The notes beneath the pieces are model-generated. The model had not been told where the DNA came from. It saw only the letters and a program-made list of their open reading frames with translations, and did not search any database. From Nitrososphaerota archaeon (GTDB lineage Archaea; Thermoproteota; Nitrososphaeria; Nitrososphaerales; Gagatemarchaeaceae), in NCBI GenBank assembly GCA_027320175.1, contig DAHVLU010000024.1, forward strand, positions 16,349 through 80,348: 64,000 nt of DNA, written 5' to 3'. The translations under genes were made by a program, and so were the position numbers. This document shows, piece by piece, positions 1-9,178 of this stretch (the first letter of the stretch is position 1; every line of letters begins with the position of its first letter).

Positions 1-1
1 A

Positions 2-496
2 GACGACCTCGAGGAGTTCGCCCCGACGAGGTTCGTCGGGCGGCTGCTCGGCATGGGGGACCTGAAGTCGCTGATGGAGATGGTCAGGGACGCCGACGTC
101 GTCGTGGACGAGAAGATGACACAGCGGGTCATGACGGGGAAGATGACCATGAACGACCTCCTGGCCCAGTTCGAGCAGATGAAGAAGTTCGGGTCGCTGA
201 AGAAGGTCCTGGAGCGGATACCCGGCTTCTCGGGCCAGGTAGACGCCAAGGAGCTCGACAAGGCTGAGGACAGGGTCAAGGTCTACAAGTCGATCATCCA
301 GTCTATGACCGGGGACGAGAAGAACAACCCCGAGACCATCAATTCCAGCAGGCTGAAGCGCATCGCGAGGGGTTCAGGGCGGAGCGAGAAGGACGTGAGG
401 GAGCTGCTCGCAAGATACAAGCAGATGAAGACCCTGGTGAAGACGAGCAAGGGCCGTGAGCTCCGTCAGATGATGCGGCGCATGGGTGAAGGATAG
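2..496 (+). CDS. srp54: Signal recognition particle protein SRP54, C-terminal part (5' truncated by window edge)
   Basis: Frame open from base 2: DDLEEFAPTRFVGRLLGMGDL; M-domain motifs IIQSMT..E and SRLKRIARGSG. Confidence 0.95.
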   Translation, partial: DDLEEFAPTRFVGRLLGMGDLKSLMEMVRDADVVVDEKMTQRVMTGKMTMNDLLAQFEQMKKFGSLKKVLERIPGFSGQVDAKELDKAEDRVKVYKSIIQSMTGDEKNNPETINSSRLKRIARGSGRSEKDVRELLARYKQMKTLVKTSKGRELRQMMRRMGEG

Positions 497-1628
497 AGTG
501 TCTGGGACGCTGCAGGCCTACGGGCTCTGCAGGTACTGCTCCGAAAGGGAGGGGGCGGACGCGCCCGGACTGGCTGTGGTGCCCGGCGCCGAATGCGCCG
601 TCTGCTCAGGACTCATGGACAGGACGGAAGCCATGGGCGAGCAGGCAGCGAGGAAGCTGCGTTCCTTTGACTTCCGTACGTTCGCGGTCGGAGTCTCTCT
701 CCCCGAAGGGGTCCAAGAGAAGGAGGACGAGCTGCGGTCCGACCTGAAGTTGAAGGGCAGGGAGACGATCAAGACGCAGGCAGCTAGGCTCGTCGCCTCG
801 TTCGTATCCCGCTCCACCAGGAAGAGGCTGGACAAGAAGAACCCCGACGTCACCGTCCTGGCCAACTTCGAGGTGGGCGAAGTCTCGCTCTCGTCGAAGC
901 CCCTGTTCTACTATGGCAGATACGCGAAGCCTGCAGGCATCGCACAGCGCAGGTCGTTCTGCGAGTGGTGTCGGGGGTCGGGGTGTGAGAAGTGCCGCGG
1001 CACCGGATACCAGCGGAAGCCTAGTGTTGAGGAAGTCCTCGGCAAGAAGCTCGGGGGACTCTGCGGAAGCACCAGGGTGGTGTTCACCTGGCTGGGAAGC
1101 GAGGACAGAGAGAGCAGGGTCTTCCCCCCTGGGCGGCCCTTCGTCGCCGAGATCAAGAACCCGAGGAAGAGGAGGCTGCCGAAGAAGCTCGGGGCGAGGC
1201 TCCGGAAGGGGACCCTGGCGGTTTCGGCGGGGAAGGTGCTGCCCTCCAAGCCTACTCGCCTTCCGCCGTTCAAGTTCATCACCGACATCCGGGCCCAGGC
1301 TGCGACGAAGGTGGATCAGGAGGCTCTGCGGGAGCTGAAATCGGCTTTCAAGGGAGCCTCGGTCACGTTCCAGCGGCCCAACAACAGGCCGGCCATGAAG
1401 ACGGTCTACAGCGCCTCGGCCACCGCCAGGGGGAGGGCCCTTCTCATCAGGGCCGAGCTGGACGGCGGGCTCCCGGTCAAGAGGTTCGTAAGCGGAGAAC
1501 TCGTCTCACCATCTGTGTCGGAAGTCTTAAAAACTGAAGTCGGTTGCCGCAGTTTCGACATCCGCAAAGTCAGAGAGATAGGGGAATTCGGATTTGCCGA
1601 AATCGCACGGAGCGAGGAGAAGAACTAG
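486..1628 (+). CDS. pus10: tRNA pseudouridine(54/55) synthase Pus10
   Basis: N-terminal Cys pairs, THUMP-like region, GRYAK...IAQ, GSED catalytic Asp, GRPFVAEIKNPRKR, DGGLPVKRFVSG; conserved position before rpl21e. Confidence 0.88.
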   Translation: MKDRVSGTLQAYGLCRYCSEREGADAPGLAVVPGAECAVCSGLMDRTEAMGEQAARKLRSFDFRTFAVGVSLPEGVQEKEDELRSDLKLKGRETIKTQAARLVASFVSRSTRKRLDKKNPDVTVLANFEVGEVSLSSKPLFYYGRYAKPAGIAQRRSFCEWCRGSGCEKCRGTGYQRKPSVEEVLGKKLGGLCGSTRVVFTWLGSEDRESRVFPPGRPFVAEIKNPRKRRLPKKLGARLRKGTLAVSAGKVLPSKPTRLPPFKFITDIRAQAATKVDQEALRELKSAFKGASVTFQRPNNRPAMKTVYSASATARGRALLIRAELDGGLPVKRFVSGELVSPSVSEVLKTEVGCRSFDIRKVREIGEFGFAEIARSEEKN

Positions 1629-1878
1629 GTCCCTTCTGAGGTCGTCGGCCAAGAAGGGTCTGAGCAGCCTGCTCGTAGAATACTCTCCGAACGACAAAGT
1701 CGTCGTAAAGATCGACCCGGCCCAGGTGAAGGGGATGCCGCACAGGAGGTTCAACGGGCTCGTGGGCACAGTCACCGAGGTTGGGAGGAGGGCGGTTACC
1801 GTGGACGTCGCAGTGGGGAACAAGGTCAAGAAGCTCGTGGCCAGGAAGGAGCACGTGGTGCGCATGGAGGGGAGCTGA
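1594..1878 (+). CDS. rpl21e: 50S ribosomal protein L21e
   Basis: MPKSHGARRRTRSLL...KGMPHRRFNGLVGTV; TTG start. Confidence 0.97.
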   Translation: MPKSHGARRRTRSLLRSSAKKGLSSLLVEYSPNDKVVVKIDPAQVKGMPHRRFNGLVGTVTEVGRRAVTVDVAVGNKVKKLVARKEHVVRMEGS

Positions 1879-2204
1879 TGTCAGAGAAGCCCGAGAAGAA
1901 ACTGCTCACCATCGCCGAGGCGAACCAGATACTCCAGAAGATCGACGTCGAGAAGGCTGACCAGATTCAGAAGCGCACCCTCGACTACACCACGAAGTTT
2001 GCGAAGTCGGAGGCGGACAAGGCGAAGAAGCTGAGGAAGGAGCTGGAACACGAGGCAGGCCTTAGCGAGGAAGAGGCCGTCGAGCTGGTCAACATAGCGC
2101 CGAAGTCGGTCGAAGAGCTGAGGACGTTCACTTCAGGGTGGAGGAAGCTGCTCTCCACAGAGACCCTTGAGAAGATACTGAAGATCCTCCACTCGAAGTC
2201 CTAG
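1878..2204 (+). CDS. rpoF: RNA polymerase subunit F (Rpo4)
   Basis: IQKRTLDYTTKFAK, EEEAVELVNIAPKSVEELR; rpl21e-rpoF-DUF655-ksgA synteny. Confidence 0.92.
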   Translation: MSEKPEKKLLTIAEANQILQKIDVEKADQIQKRTLDYTTKFAKSEADKAKKLRKELEHEAGLSEEEAVELVNIAPKSVEELRTFTSGWRKLLSTETLEKILKILHSKS

Positions 2205-2343
2205 CCCGACCAAGCGTTAAATAAGAAGGCGGCCGCTGAATTCCAACGGGGAAGCGCAGGGGATTTTAGATGACAGTCGTGGTTCTCTACCGTTCCGTGA
2301 GGTCCCCCTCAGAATAGGCAGCTCGAAGAGGTAGTCCTGGAAC

Positions 2344-2901
2344 ATGATGCCAGCTGACAAGAAGTACGAGGAGTTTGCGTTCGTATTGGACTTCATGCCT
2401 AGGGGGAAGTCCGTCGCGATAAAGGGGAGAGAGGGCCCCATGGTGCAGGCCATAGGGGAGGACAGGCTGACCCTGCTCGAGCTCCTCGCGATGGAGGACC
2501 GCGACTTCGACGCCGGGGAGAAGGTCAAGATCGGCAAGGAGGGACGGGAGAAGATAGTCAGCGTGCTGGGGAAGCTCACCTACGAGGATATGTCCCCCGA
2601 GGCCAGGGCGTCTCTCCCCCTCGTGGTCGAGGCCCTGGTGAAGGACAATGAGAAGAAGTACGTCGCCGCCTTCAACGACCTCCAGCCGCTGACGCCGAGG
2701 CTGCATGGACTGGAACTCATCCCGGGCATCGGGAAGACTTTCATGATGGAGATCGTGGCGATGAGGGAAAAGCAGCCGTTCGCCAGCTTCGACGACATCC
2801 AGAAGAGGGTCGGGCTCCGGGAGCCGGCGAAGATGATTGCGAAGAGGATCATCGAGGAGCTGGCAGGGGACTCGAGGGTCAGCATATTCGTCAAGAAGTA
2901 G
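2344..2901 (+). CDS. DUF655 family putative RNA-binding protein
   Basis: YEEFAFVLDF, QAIGEDRLTLLEL, LTPRLHGLELIPGIGK, PFASFDDI; synteny. Confidence 0.92.
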   Translation: MMPADKKYEEFAFVLDFMPRGKSVAIKGREGPMVQAIGEDRLTLLELLAMEDRDFDAGEKVKIGKEGREKIVSVLGKLTYEDMSPEARASLPLVVEALVKDNEKKYVAAFNDLQPLTPRLHGLELIPGIGKTFMMEIVAMREKQPFASFDDIQKRVGLREPAKMIAKRIIEELAGDSRVSIFVKK

Positions 2902-3603
2902 ATGAAGCGTCAGAGACTCGGGCAGCACTACCTCGTCGACGCGCAAGTGATCAGAGAAATCGTCGGATTCGCGCGCATTCAGCCCTCGGAGCGGGTCCTG
3001 GAGATCGGGACAGGCAGGGGAGCCCTTACTGGAGAGCTGGTCAGGCTGGGCGCCGCCTTCATTGGCTACGAAGTCGATGAGGACAACTACGAAGCAACGC
3101 GCGAAGCGGTACGAGGGACCAGGGCGGAGATGGTGCACGGCGACGCCTTCGCAGGCGAACCCAGCTTCGATGTGCTCGTGACCAGCCTCCCCTACTCCGA
3201 GTCGGCGACCTTCGTCCGGTGGCTGAGCTCGCGCGAGTTCTCGAGGGCGATAGCCGTCCTACAGCAGGACTTCGTGGAGAAGATAACTGCCGCGCCGGGG
3301 GACCGGGAGTACCGCGGCATCTCCGCCGTCGCTCAGATAGCGTTCGGAGTCAAGGTGCTGAGGAAGGTGGCCAGGGCTGCGTTCGACCCTCAGCCCCGGG
3401 TCGACTCGGTCATCGTTTCGTTCGTCCCGAAGAGGAAGATCGCACAAGACGAGGTCTCGGACGTCATCCGCCTGTTTTCGCTGAGGCGCAGACAGGTGGA
3501 CGTGGCGCTCGCGAAGCTGGGGATGGAGCGGAAGAGGAGCTTCGGCAGAAGGCGGGTGGTCTCGCTGGCCCCCGAAGAAGTGCACGAAATCTGCCTGCAG
3601 TGA
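2902..3603 (+). CDS. rsmA: 16S rRNA adenine dimethyltransferase KsgA/Dim1
   Basis: LGQHYL, VLEIGTGRGALT, SLPY, FDPQPRVDS. Confidence 0.9.
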   Translation: MKRQRLGQHYLVDAQVIREIVGFARIQPSERVLEIGTGRGALTGELVRLGAAFIGYEVDEDNYEATREAVRGTRAEMVHGDAFAGEPSFDVLVTSLPYSESATFVRWLSSREFSRAIAVLQQDFVEKITAAPGDREYRGISAVAQIAFGVKVLRKVARAAFDPQPRVDSVIVSFVPKRKIAQDEVSDVIRLFSLRRRQVDVALAKLGMERKRSFGRRRVVSLAPEEVHEICLQ

Positions 3604-3634
3604 TGGCTTTAACCGCCGAAGGCCGTGCCCGGCC

Positions 3635-4351
3635 ATGCTCCCGCGTGGCGTGTCGGTCACCCTGGTCGAGCCCAAGGGGCCTGTCAACATCGGCCACGTG
3701 GCCAGGCTGATTCAGAACTTCGGGGTCGAAAAGCTGTACCTGGTCGAGCCCAAGGCGGACCTTTCCGTGGCGGCCATCTACGCTTCTCATGCCTCCGCCG
3801 TTCTGGACCGGGCGGTGATCACGACGTTCGAGCAGGTCAGGAAGGAGCACGAGCTGCTGGTTGCCACCACCGCGGTGCGGGCGACCAAGGGGTCCAACGT
3901 CGTCCGCAGGATGGCGAGGGTGGACCGCCTCCATGAGATCCTTTCGTCGTCGGCCTCGTCTTCACTGGTCTTCGGCAGGGACAGCACTGGACTGACCAAC
4001 GAAGAAATCGGGATGTGCGATGCCACCATCACCATAGACACGGGCAAGGAGTACAGGTCGCTCAACATTGGGCATGCAGTCGCCATCTCGCTCTATCTCG
4101 CGTCGAGGGGGAGCAAGGGGCGGAAGTCTGCACAGGGACGCAAGGCGAGAGAAGTCTTCGCACGCAGCTTCTACGAACTGGCGGTGGCGTCGAGGATCCC
4201 CGGGCACAAGACCAGGAACGCGCTGGACGCCGCCAGGAGGATAGCGGCGACATCCAGCATGACCGACGCCCAGCTCAACATGCTATCAGGGGTGTTCAGG
4301 AAGGCAGTGAATACGATGGATTCGGCTCAGGACCGAGGCTCGAAGACGTAG
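3635..4351 (+). CDS. SPOUT tRNA methyltransferase (TrmJ/TrmH family)
   Basis: LVEPKGPVNIGHVAR...NFG, LVFGRDSTGLTNEEI, YRSLNIGHAVAI. Confidence 0.9.
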   Translation: MLPRGVSVTLVEPKGPVNIGHVARLIQNFGVEKLYLVEPKADLSVAAIYASHASAVLDRAVITTFEQVRKEHELLVATTAVRATKGSNVVRRMARVDRLHEILSSSASSSLVFGRDSTGLTNEEIGMCDATITIDTGKEYRSLNIGHAVAISLYLASRGSKGRKSAQGRKAREVFARSFYELAVASRIPGHKTRNALDAARRIAATSSMTDAQLNMLSGVFRKAVNTMDSAQDRGSKT

Positions 4352-5508
4352 ACCGCCCTCCTGATCCACCGCGTGCTCTCGAACGAGAGCCTGACCGGGT
4401 AGTCGAAGCCCACCGGTCCGGGTTGATAGAGCCTCAGGCCCACCCTCCGGCCGTCGAGGGTGAGGGTGACCTCATCCCCGTCCATGGTCTGTACCGCGGG
4501 TACAACCACCACTATCCTCCCGTCAGGCTGGATGCACTCTGCCATCGATGCGAGGGCGTCGTTGTACACCCTGGCAGCGTCCTCGACCATGGCGCGGGCT
4601 GTGGCGGTCCTGGGCCTCGCGTCAAGCCTGGGCAGAAGGAGCGGCTCGGTGACGATGCCGTTCACCTTCGTCCCTCTGAGCATCCTCTGTAGGTCTCGGG
4701 CGTCTCCCTTCCTGATGTCGTAGCCCATGTCAGTCACGCCCCCGATGGACCATCGCAGGTTCTCCCTCGCTTCTTGGACGCGGCTGGCGCGCGAATCGAC
4801 CCCCAGACAGCGCAGTGACTTCGCCAGTGCCTCGACCAGGATCGTTCCTGCGCCGCAGAATGGATCCAGCAGGGTCTGGCCCGGCGCGAGCCCGGCCAGG
4901 TTCACCAGGGTCCTGGCGAGGCGCGGAGAGAGCGCGATGTCAGGGTGGGGGGCCGGGCGCCGGGTCCCTCTATGACGCATCTTGGCCGAGTCGGGGACCC
5001 AGGCAGTCGGCGCGAGCGCGAAGCCTCCGTGGTATGGGAACGCGACCACGTCGGCCGACCCCCTCGCAAGCACCTGTTCGGAGAGCAGCTCGTTTCCGTC
5101 GGGCCTGAGCAGACGGACTTTCCTGAGCCCCTTCGCCCTGAGGCCGTCGAGCATCGACCTGACCAGGTCCTCATAGTCGTCCTCCGCGATGCCGTACCCG
5201 CTGAGGGATACGTTGGACTTCTCTTCGAGGTGCGAGGACAGGAGGTCGACCAGCTTGGGCTGGTCGGATGATGCGTTGTCAACCACTTCGGTTATCGGGC
5301 CGCACTTGTGCGCCCCGGACAGCTCCCCCAGGAACCGCGGCGCGAGGTGGTCGACGTGGAGCACAGACAAGCGCTCGACGGGCTCCTCTGCCCGCTGGAT
5401 GTCCCGCCCGAAAAGCGCGCAGGCCTCGAGGACAGAGAGCTTCCCGAAGGCAAGCACGAGCGCCACCTCGTCAGACTCGAGCAGGGAGGGCGGAAGCGTG
5501 AAGGGCAA
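4327..5508 (-). CDS. Trm11/TrmG10-like SAM-dependent tRNA methyltransferase
   Basis: LSPRLARTLVNLA, LLDPFCGAGTILVEA, GDAR, IVTEP. Start set at TTG 5508 below a TATA-like CTTAATAC (5534-5541, minus strand); ORF track extends to 5580. Confidence 0.75.
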   Translation of the reverse strand: MPFTLPPSLLESDEVALVLAFGKLSVLEACALFGRDIQRAEEPVERLSVLHVDHLAPRFLGELSGAHKCGPITEVVDNASSDQPKLVDLLSSHLEEKSNVSLSGYGIAEDDYEDLVRSMLDGLRAKGLRKVRLLRPDGNELLSEQVLARGSADVVAFPYHGGFALAPTAWVPDSAKMRHRGTRRPAPHPDIALSPRLARTLVNLAGLAPGQTLLDPFCGAGTILVEALAKSLRCLGVDSRASRVQEARENLRWSIGGVTDMGYDIRKGDARDLQRMLRGTKVNGIVTEPLLLPRLDARPRTATARAMVEDAARVYNDALASMAECIQPDGRIVVVVPAVQTMDGDEVTLTLDGRRVGLRLYQPGPVGFDYPVRLSFESTRWIRRAVYVFEPRS

Positions 5509-5681
5509 GCGGTCCCGCTCGACCTGGCCCACGGTATTAAGCGTGGGCCGCCCGACCACCGGATTGGAAGTGGGGTCCATGAAAGGCAGCCCATGGCGGG
5601 TTGGAAGACCGGGCGAGTGGAACCGACCCGCTGAAGCTTAATTAGGGGTCGCCGAAGCGCCTTTTTCGAAGGTCGTTTCGG

Positions 5682-6203
5682 TTGCACGGCTCGAACTATC
5701 GCCAGCAGAAGGGGATGTTCTACAACAAGAAGTTCGCCCCGGGCGCCCCGAACCCCAAAGTCGCGCGTTTCACAACCGGAAAGTACAGGCCTGACTACGA
5801 CTTTCTGTTCAAACTGGTCTCCGAGGGCAAACTGCAGATCCGGCACAACGCCCTCGAAGCGGCCAGGGTCGCCGCAAGCAAGAAAGTGACGCTCGTTGGA
5901 GAGGAGAACTTCCTTCTCAGAGTAGTGACCTATCCGCACCTCGTGCTCAGGGAAAACAAGATGATTGCCACCGCCGGCGCAGACAGGCTGCAGGAAGGGA
6001 TGAGGAAGGCCTTCGGCAAGCCGATCGGACTGGCGGCCAGGGTGGGCATAGGCAGCGTCGTGCTCGAGCTGAGCGTCAAGGCGGAGAACTTCGAGAAGGG
6101 GAAGGAAGCCATGTGGGCCGCCGCGACCAAGCTTCCGATGAAGACCCACACGGAGATAATCAAACTGAGAGAGGAAGCGGCGCCGACTCAGGAAGCGGTC
6201 TAG
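5682..6203 (+). CDS. rpl10e: 50S ribosomal protein L10e/uL16
   Basis: QIRHNALEAARV, YPHLVLRENKM...AGADRLQEGMRKAFGKP. Confidence 0.97.
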   Translation: MHGSNYRQQKGMFYNKKFAPGAPNPKVARFTTGKYRPDYDFLFKLVSEGKLQIRHNALEAARVAASKKVTLVGEENFLLRVVTYPHLVLRENKMIATAGADRLQEGMRKAFGKPIGLAARVGIGSVVLELSVKAENFEKGKEAMWAAATKLPMKTHTEIIKLREEAAPTQEAV

Positions 6204-6303
6204 AAGACCCTCGGACCGGCTTCGCTAGATTCGTCTCCCAGAAGTATATAATGAACCCAAGTGTCACGCGCATGAAATCCGAGGCAAGACCCAGGGGAAT
6301 AGC

Positions 6304-7335
6304 ATGACGGTCAGGATAGACGAAGCGAAGGTGTTCGAGATAATCGAGTCGAAGAAGCCGAAGGTGGTGCTTGTCAACGCCCCGGGCGGGCTGCTCAGGC
6401 AGACCAAGGAGATGATGGAGCGGGTGAAAGCGAAGTACGGTGTGAATTCGATACTGTCGGGAGACAGCTGCTTCGGGATATGCGACACCGCTGACGACGA
6501 CGTGGAGAAGCTCCAGGCCGACCTGGCGCTGCACATCGGCCACAACGCCGCGGTGACGGAGGTGGGCGACCACACCTATCTGATCGACGCCGTGGACGAC
6601 GTCGACTTCGGCGAGGTCACGGAGTCCGCTGCCAGGGTCATGGCGCCGTACCGGCGCGTCGGGCTCGCCACATTCAGCCAGCACCTGCACCAGCTTGGTC
6701 CAGTGAAGAAGAAGCTCGAATCCAAGGGGTTCCAGGTGAAGGTCGGCGGAGGGAACAACCTGATGCTGGAAGGGCAGGTCTTCGGATGTGACTTTTCGAC
6801 GCCCTACCCCATACGCGACGACGTCGACGCATTCGCCCTGCTCGGGGAAAGCGAGTTCCATGCTGTGGGGCTGGCCCTCGCCACAGGGAAGCCAACTTTC
6901 ATGCTGGACCCGTACATGAACGAGGTGACCGACATGAAGGAGGCGGCCGAAGAGAGGAGGAAGAGGGCGATTCTCGCCGTGTACAAGGCGAGGGACGCCA
7001 GGGTCTTCGGCGTCATCACGGGCCTGAAAGAAGGCCAGAAGATGCTGGGGAGGAGCAAGTGGATAGCCAAGCGTCTGGAGATGAACGGGAGGAAGGTCGT
7101 CCAGCTTGCAATGAGAGAAGTGACCCCGGAGAGGCTAGCCCCCCACAGGGAGATCGAAGCCTTTGTCCAGACGGCCTGCCCGAGGATATCCATCGACGGC
7201 TTCACATTCGACAGACCGGTGCTCTCAATCCCCCAGGCCGACGCTTTAGTGGCACTTATTGAGGGGAGGGAACCGGGGGAGTTCCTTGAACGTGCGAAGT
7301 GGATCGAACTCACGGTGGGGCTGATTAAGAAATGA
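6304..7335 (+). CDS. dph2: Diphthamide biosynthesis radical-SAM enzyme Dph2
   Basis: Three conserved Cys motifs: CFGICD, GQVFGCDF, TACPRIS. Confidence 0.93.
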   Translation: MTVRIDEAKVFEIIESKKPKVVLVNAPGGLLRQTKEMMERVKAKYGVNSILSGDSCFGICDTADDDVEKLQADLALHIGHNAAVTEVGDHTYLIDAVDDVDFGEVTESAARVMAPYRRVGLATFSQHLHQLGPVKKKLESKGFQVKVGGGNNLMLEGQVFGCDFSTPYPIRDDVDAFALLGESEFHAVGLALATGKPTFMLDPYMNEVTDMKEAAEERRKRAILAVYKARDARVFGVITGLKEGQKMLGRSKWIAKRLEMNGRKVVQLAMREVTPERLAPHREIEAFVQTACPRISIDGFTFDRPVLSIPQADALVALIEGREPGEFLERAKWIELTVGLIKK

Positions 7336-7907
7336 AAGAGACAAAGAAGGCAAGCGTCCTCCCAGGAGACAAGGTGGCCGTCTCAGAGGAGTTCCTCCCC
7401 GGCGTGCACACGTACGAAGCTTCGGGAGTGATCAGGGCCCTGACGGCCGGGTCAGTCATGCGGGACATGAGGACCATGGAGATCTCCGTGAAGCCCTCGG
7501 CCCAGCCGGAGCTGATCAAGGTGGACGACTGGGTGACAGGGCAGGTCGAGGGGTCCCAGGCCAACTCCGCCAACGTCCACATCTACTTCCACAACGGGAA
7601 GCCGACCTTCAAGGACTTCTCCGGGATGCTCTCGCTGAGGGGGCTCTCTGGAGGCGGGAGGGGCGCGCGAAGGACCACTCCTGTCAAGACAGGGGACGTC
7701 GTGCGGTGCAGGGTGTTCAGCCTGGTCAACGGCATCATCCACCTCAACATCGACGAGCCGGACATGGGGGTGGTGGCCGCCCTCTGCGGGAACTGCGGCA
7801 GGCACCTGCTCAAGGGGAACGCGACCAGGGTGAAGTGCGACGAATGCGGTAACGTGGAGGAGAGGAAGCTGGCCAGGGACTTCGGGACTACGCCCATAGA
7901 GCCCTAA
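7332..7907 (+). CDS. csl4: Exosome RNA-binding subunit Csl4
   Basis: VLPGDKVAVSEEFLPG, S1 region, C-terminal Zn ribbon CGNC...CDECGNVEERKLA. Confidence 0.95.
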   Translation: MKETKKASVLPGDKVAVSEEFLPGVHTYEASGVIRALTAGSVMRDMRTMEISVKPSAQPELIKVDDWVTGQVEGSQANSANVHIYFHNGKPTFKDFSGMLSLRGLSGGGRGARRTTPVKTGDVVRCRVFSLVNGIIHLNIDEPDMGVVAALCGNCGRHLLKGNATRVKCDECGNVEERKLARDFGTTPIEP

Positions 7908-7965
7908 TCGAGTGAAAATCAGGCTATTTCCTTAAAAGCAAGAATCCGGCGGGCCGTCAAGCAAA

Positions 7966-8253
7966 TTGCAAGTCCAGACCACAAGCGAAGAAGAGAAGGG
8001 CCTCACAGTGGAGATCACCGGAGAGGACTACTCCCTGGCAGAGATCGTCCACCATGAGCTGCTCGAGGAGAAGAGTGTGACGTTCGCAGGTGTGCTTCCG
8101 CCCCACCCCCTGATCAAGAAGCTCGTGTTGAAGGTCCGGGCACAGCGCATCAAGCCTGAGAAGGCCTTCACCAACAGCGTCGAAAGGGCCATGGAGACCA
8201 CCAAGGACCTGTATGGCAGCGTCAAGAAGGCACTCGGCGGTGCTTCCAGCTGA
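7966..8253 (+). CDS. rpoL: RNA polymerase subunit L (Rpo11)
   Basis: EITGEDYSL...VTFAGVLPPHPL; csl4-rpoL-tfs synteny. Confidence 0.9.
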   Translation: MQVQTTSEEEKGLTVEITGEDYSLAEIVHHELLEEKSVTFAGVLPPHPLIKKLVLKVRAQRIKPEKAFTNSVERAMETTKDLYGSVKKALGGASS

Positions 8254-8594
8254 AGTTCTGCCCGAAGTGCGGAACCCGCCTCAAGCTCAAGCAGATCAAG
8301 GGTCCCCGCGAAGTTTCGGTGACTTACATGTGCGACAACTGTGGCTATTCGAAGAAGGAAGGGAATGCTCTGGTCCAGAAGACCGAGGACGAGCTGGCCA
8401 ACACCCCCCAGATCAAGGTCGTCGGCGAGAAGGAGGAGAAGCTGAATTCGCTGCCCACCACGAAGATCGACTGTCCAAAGTGCGGGAACGACGAGGCGTT
8501 CTGGTGGTTCCTCCAGACCAGGAGCGGAGACGAGCCGCCCACCCAGTTCTACAGGTGCGTGAAGTGCAACCACACCTGGCGAAGCTACAGCTGA
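8250..8594 (+). CDS. tfs: Transcription factor S (TFS), probable CTG start
   Basis: Frame reads (M)KFCPKCG...CDNCGY...CPKCGN..AFWWFLQTRSGDEPPTQFYRCVKC; the first Zn ribbon lies upstream of the ORF-track GTG at 8319. Confidence 0.93.
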   Translation: MKFCPKCGTRLKLKQIKGPREVSVTYMCDNCGYSKKEGNALVQKTEDELANTPQIKVVGEKEEKLNSLPTTKIDCPKCGNDEAFWWFLQTRSGDEPPTQFYRCVKCNHTWRSYS

Positions 8595-8620
8595 CACTGG
8601 TCAGGCTCGGCTGTCAGGGC

Positions 8621-9178
8621 CTACGTTTCGTCCCTCGTGTAGACCTCCACGGCGTCTCCGCCTGCGATGAGGATGTCTGCGCTCGCAGCCGGTATCGAAG
8701 CCACGTCCTCGGCTTCGAAGGGACCATAGTGCCTCAGGTCCAGCCCCACCTGTTCGTCTACCCTCCTGAGGAACCTGACCGTGATGTTCCTCCTTGCCTC
8801 GGTCAGGTGGGCGAACTCGACGAAGGACGGCTGGCCGCCTGACACCGCGTCCACCAGGGCCTCCAGCCTCCTCTGGAACCGCTGTTCAGCCGAGCAGACG
8901 TACCTCTCCTCCGGCAGCAGCTGCAGGACAGCGCCCTGCTGGACTGCCTTTCTCGCCCTGAGCTTCAGGAGCTGCCTCACCATGGACTCGAGCATCTTCT
9001 CCTGGGCACCGGTCAGTCTCGCGGACAGCTCGGACGCCCCTGAAGCCGCAGACCTCTTCAGTTTCTGGCTGTACGACGAGATGCTGGAGTAGAAGTCACT
9101 TGGGAGGGGGAGGAGCTCGGGAGAGCTGCCCTCCGAGTCGAGCCGCCTCTTCAGATATTCGAGCGTGGTTTCAGGCAT
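8621..9178 (-). CDS. GINS family replication protein (Gins51/Gins15 type)
   Basis: LLPLPSDFY, LLKLRARK, LLPEE, C-terminal VGLDLRHYGPFEAEDVASIP; immediately downstream of priS. Confidence 0.85.
   Translation of the reverse strand: MPETTLEYLKRRLDSEGSSPELLPLPSDFYSSISSYSQKLKRSAASGASELSARLTGAQEKMLESMVRQLLKLRARKAVQQGAVLQLLPEERYVCSAEQRFQRRLEALVDAVSGGQPSFVEFAHLTEARRNITVRFLRRVDEQVGLDLRHYGPFEAEDVASIPAASADILIAGGDAVEVYTRDET

Noticed and set aside
5545..5641. Small ORF or TGGAA repeats between the Trm11-like gene and rpl10e
   Set aside because: A 25-aa ORF with no motif and only three irregularly spaced pentamers; insufficient support.
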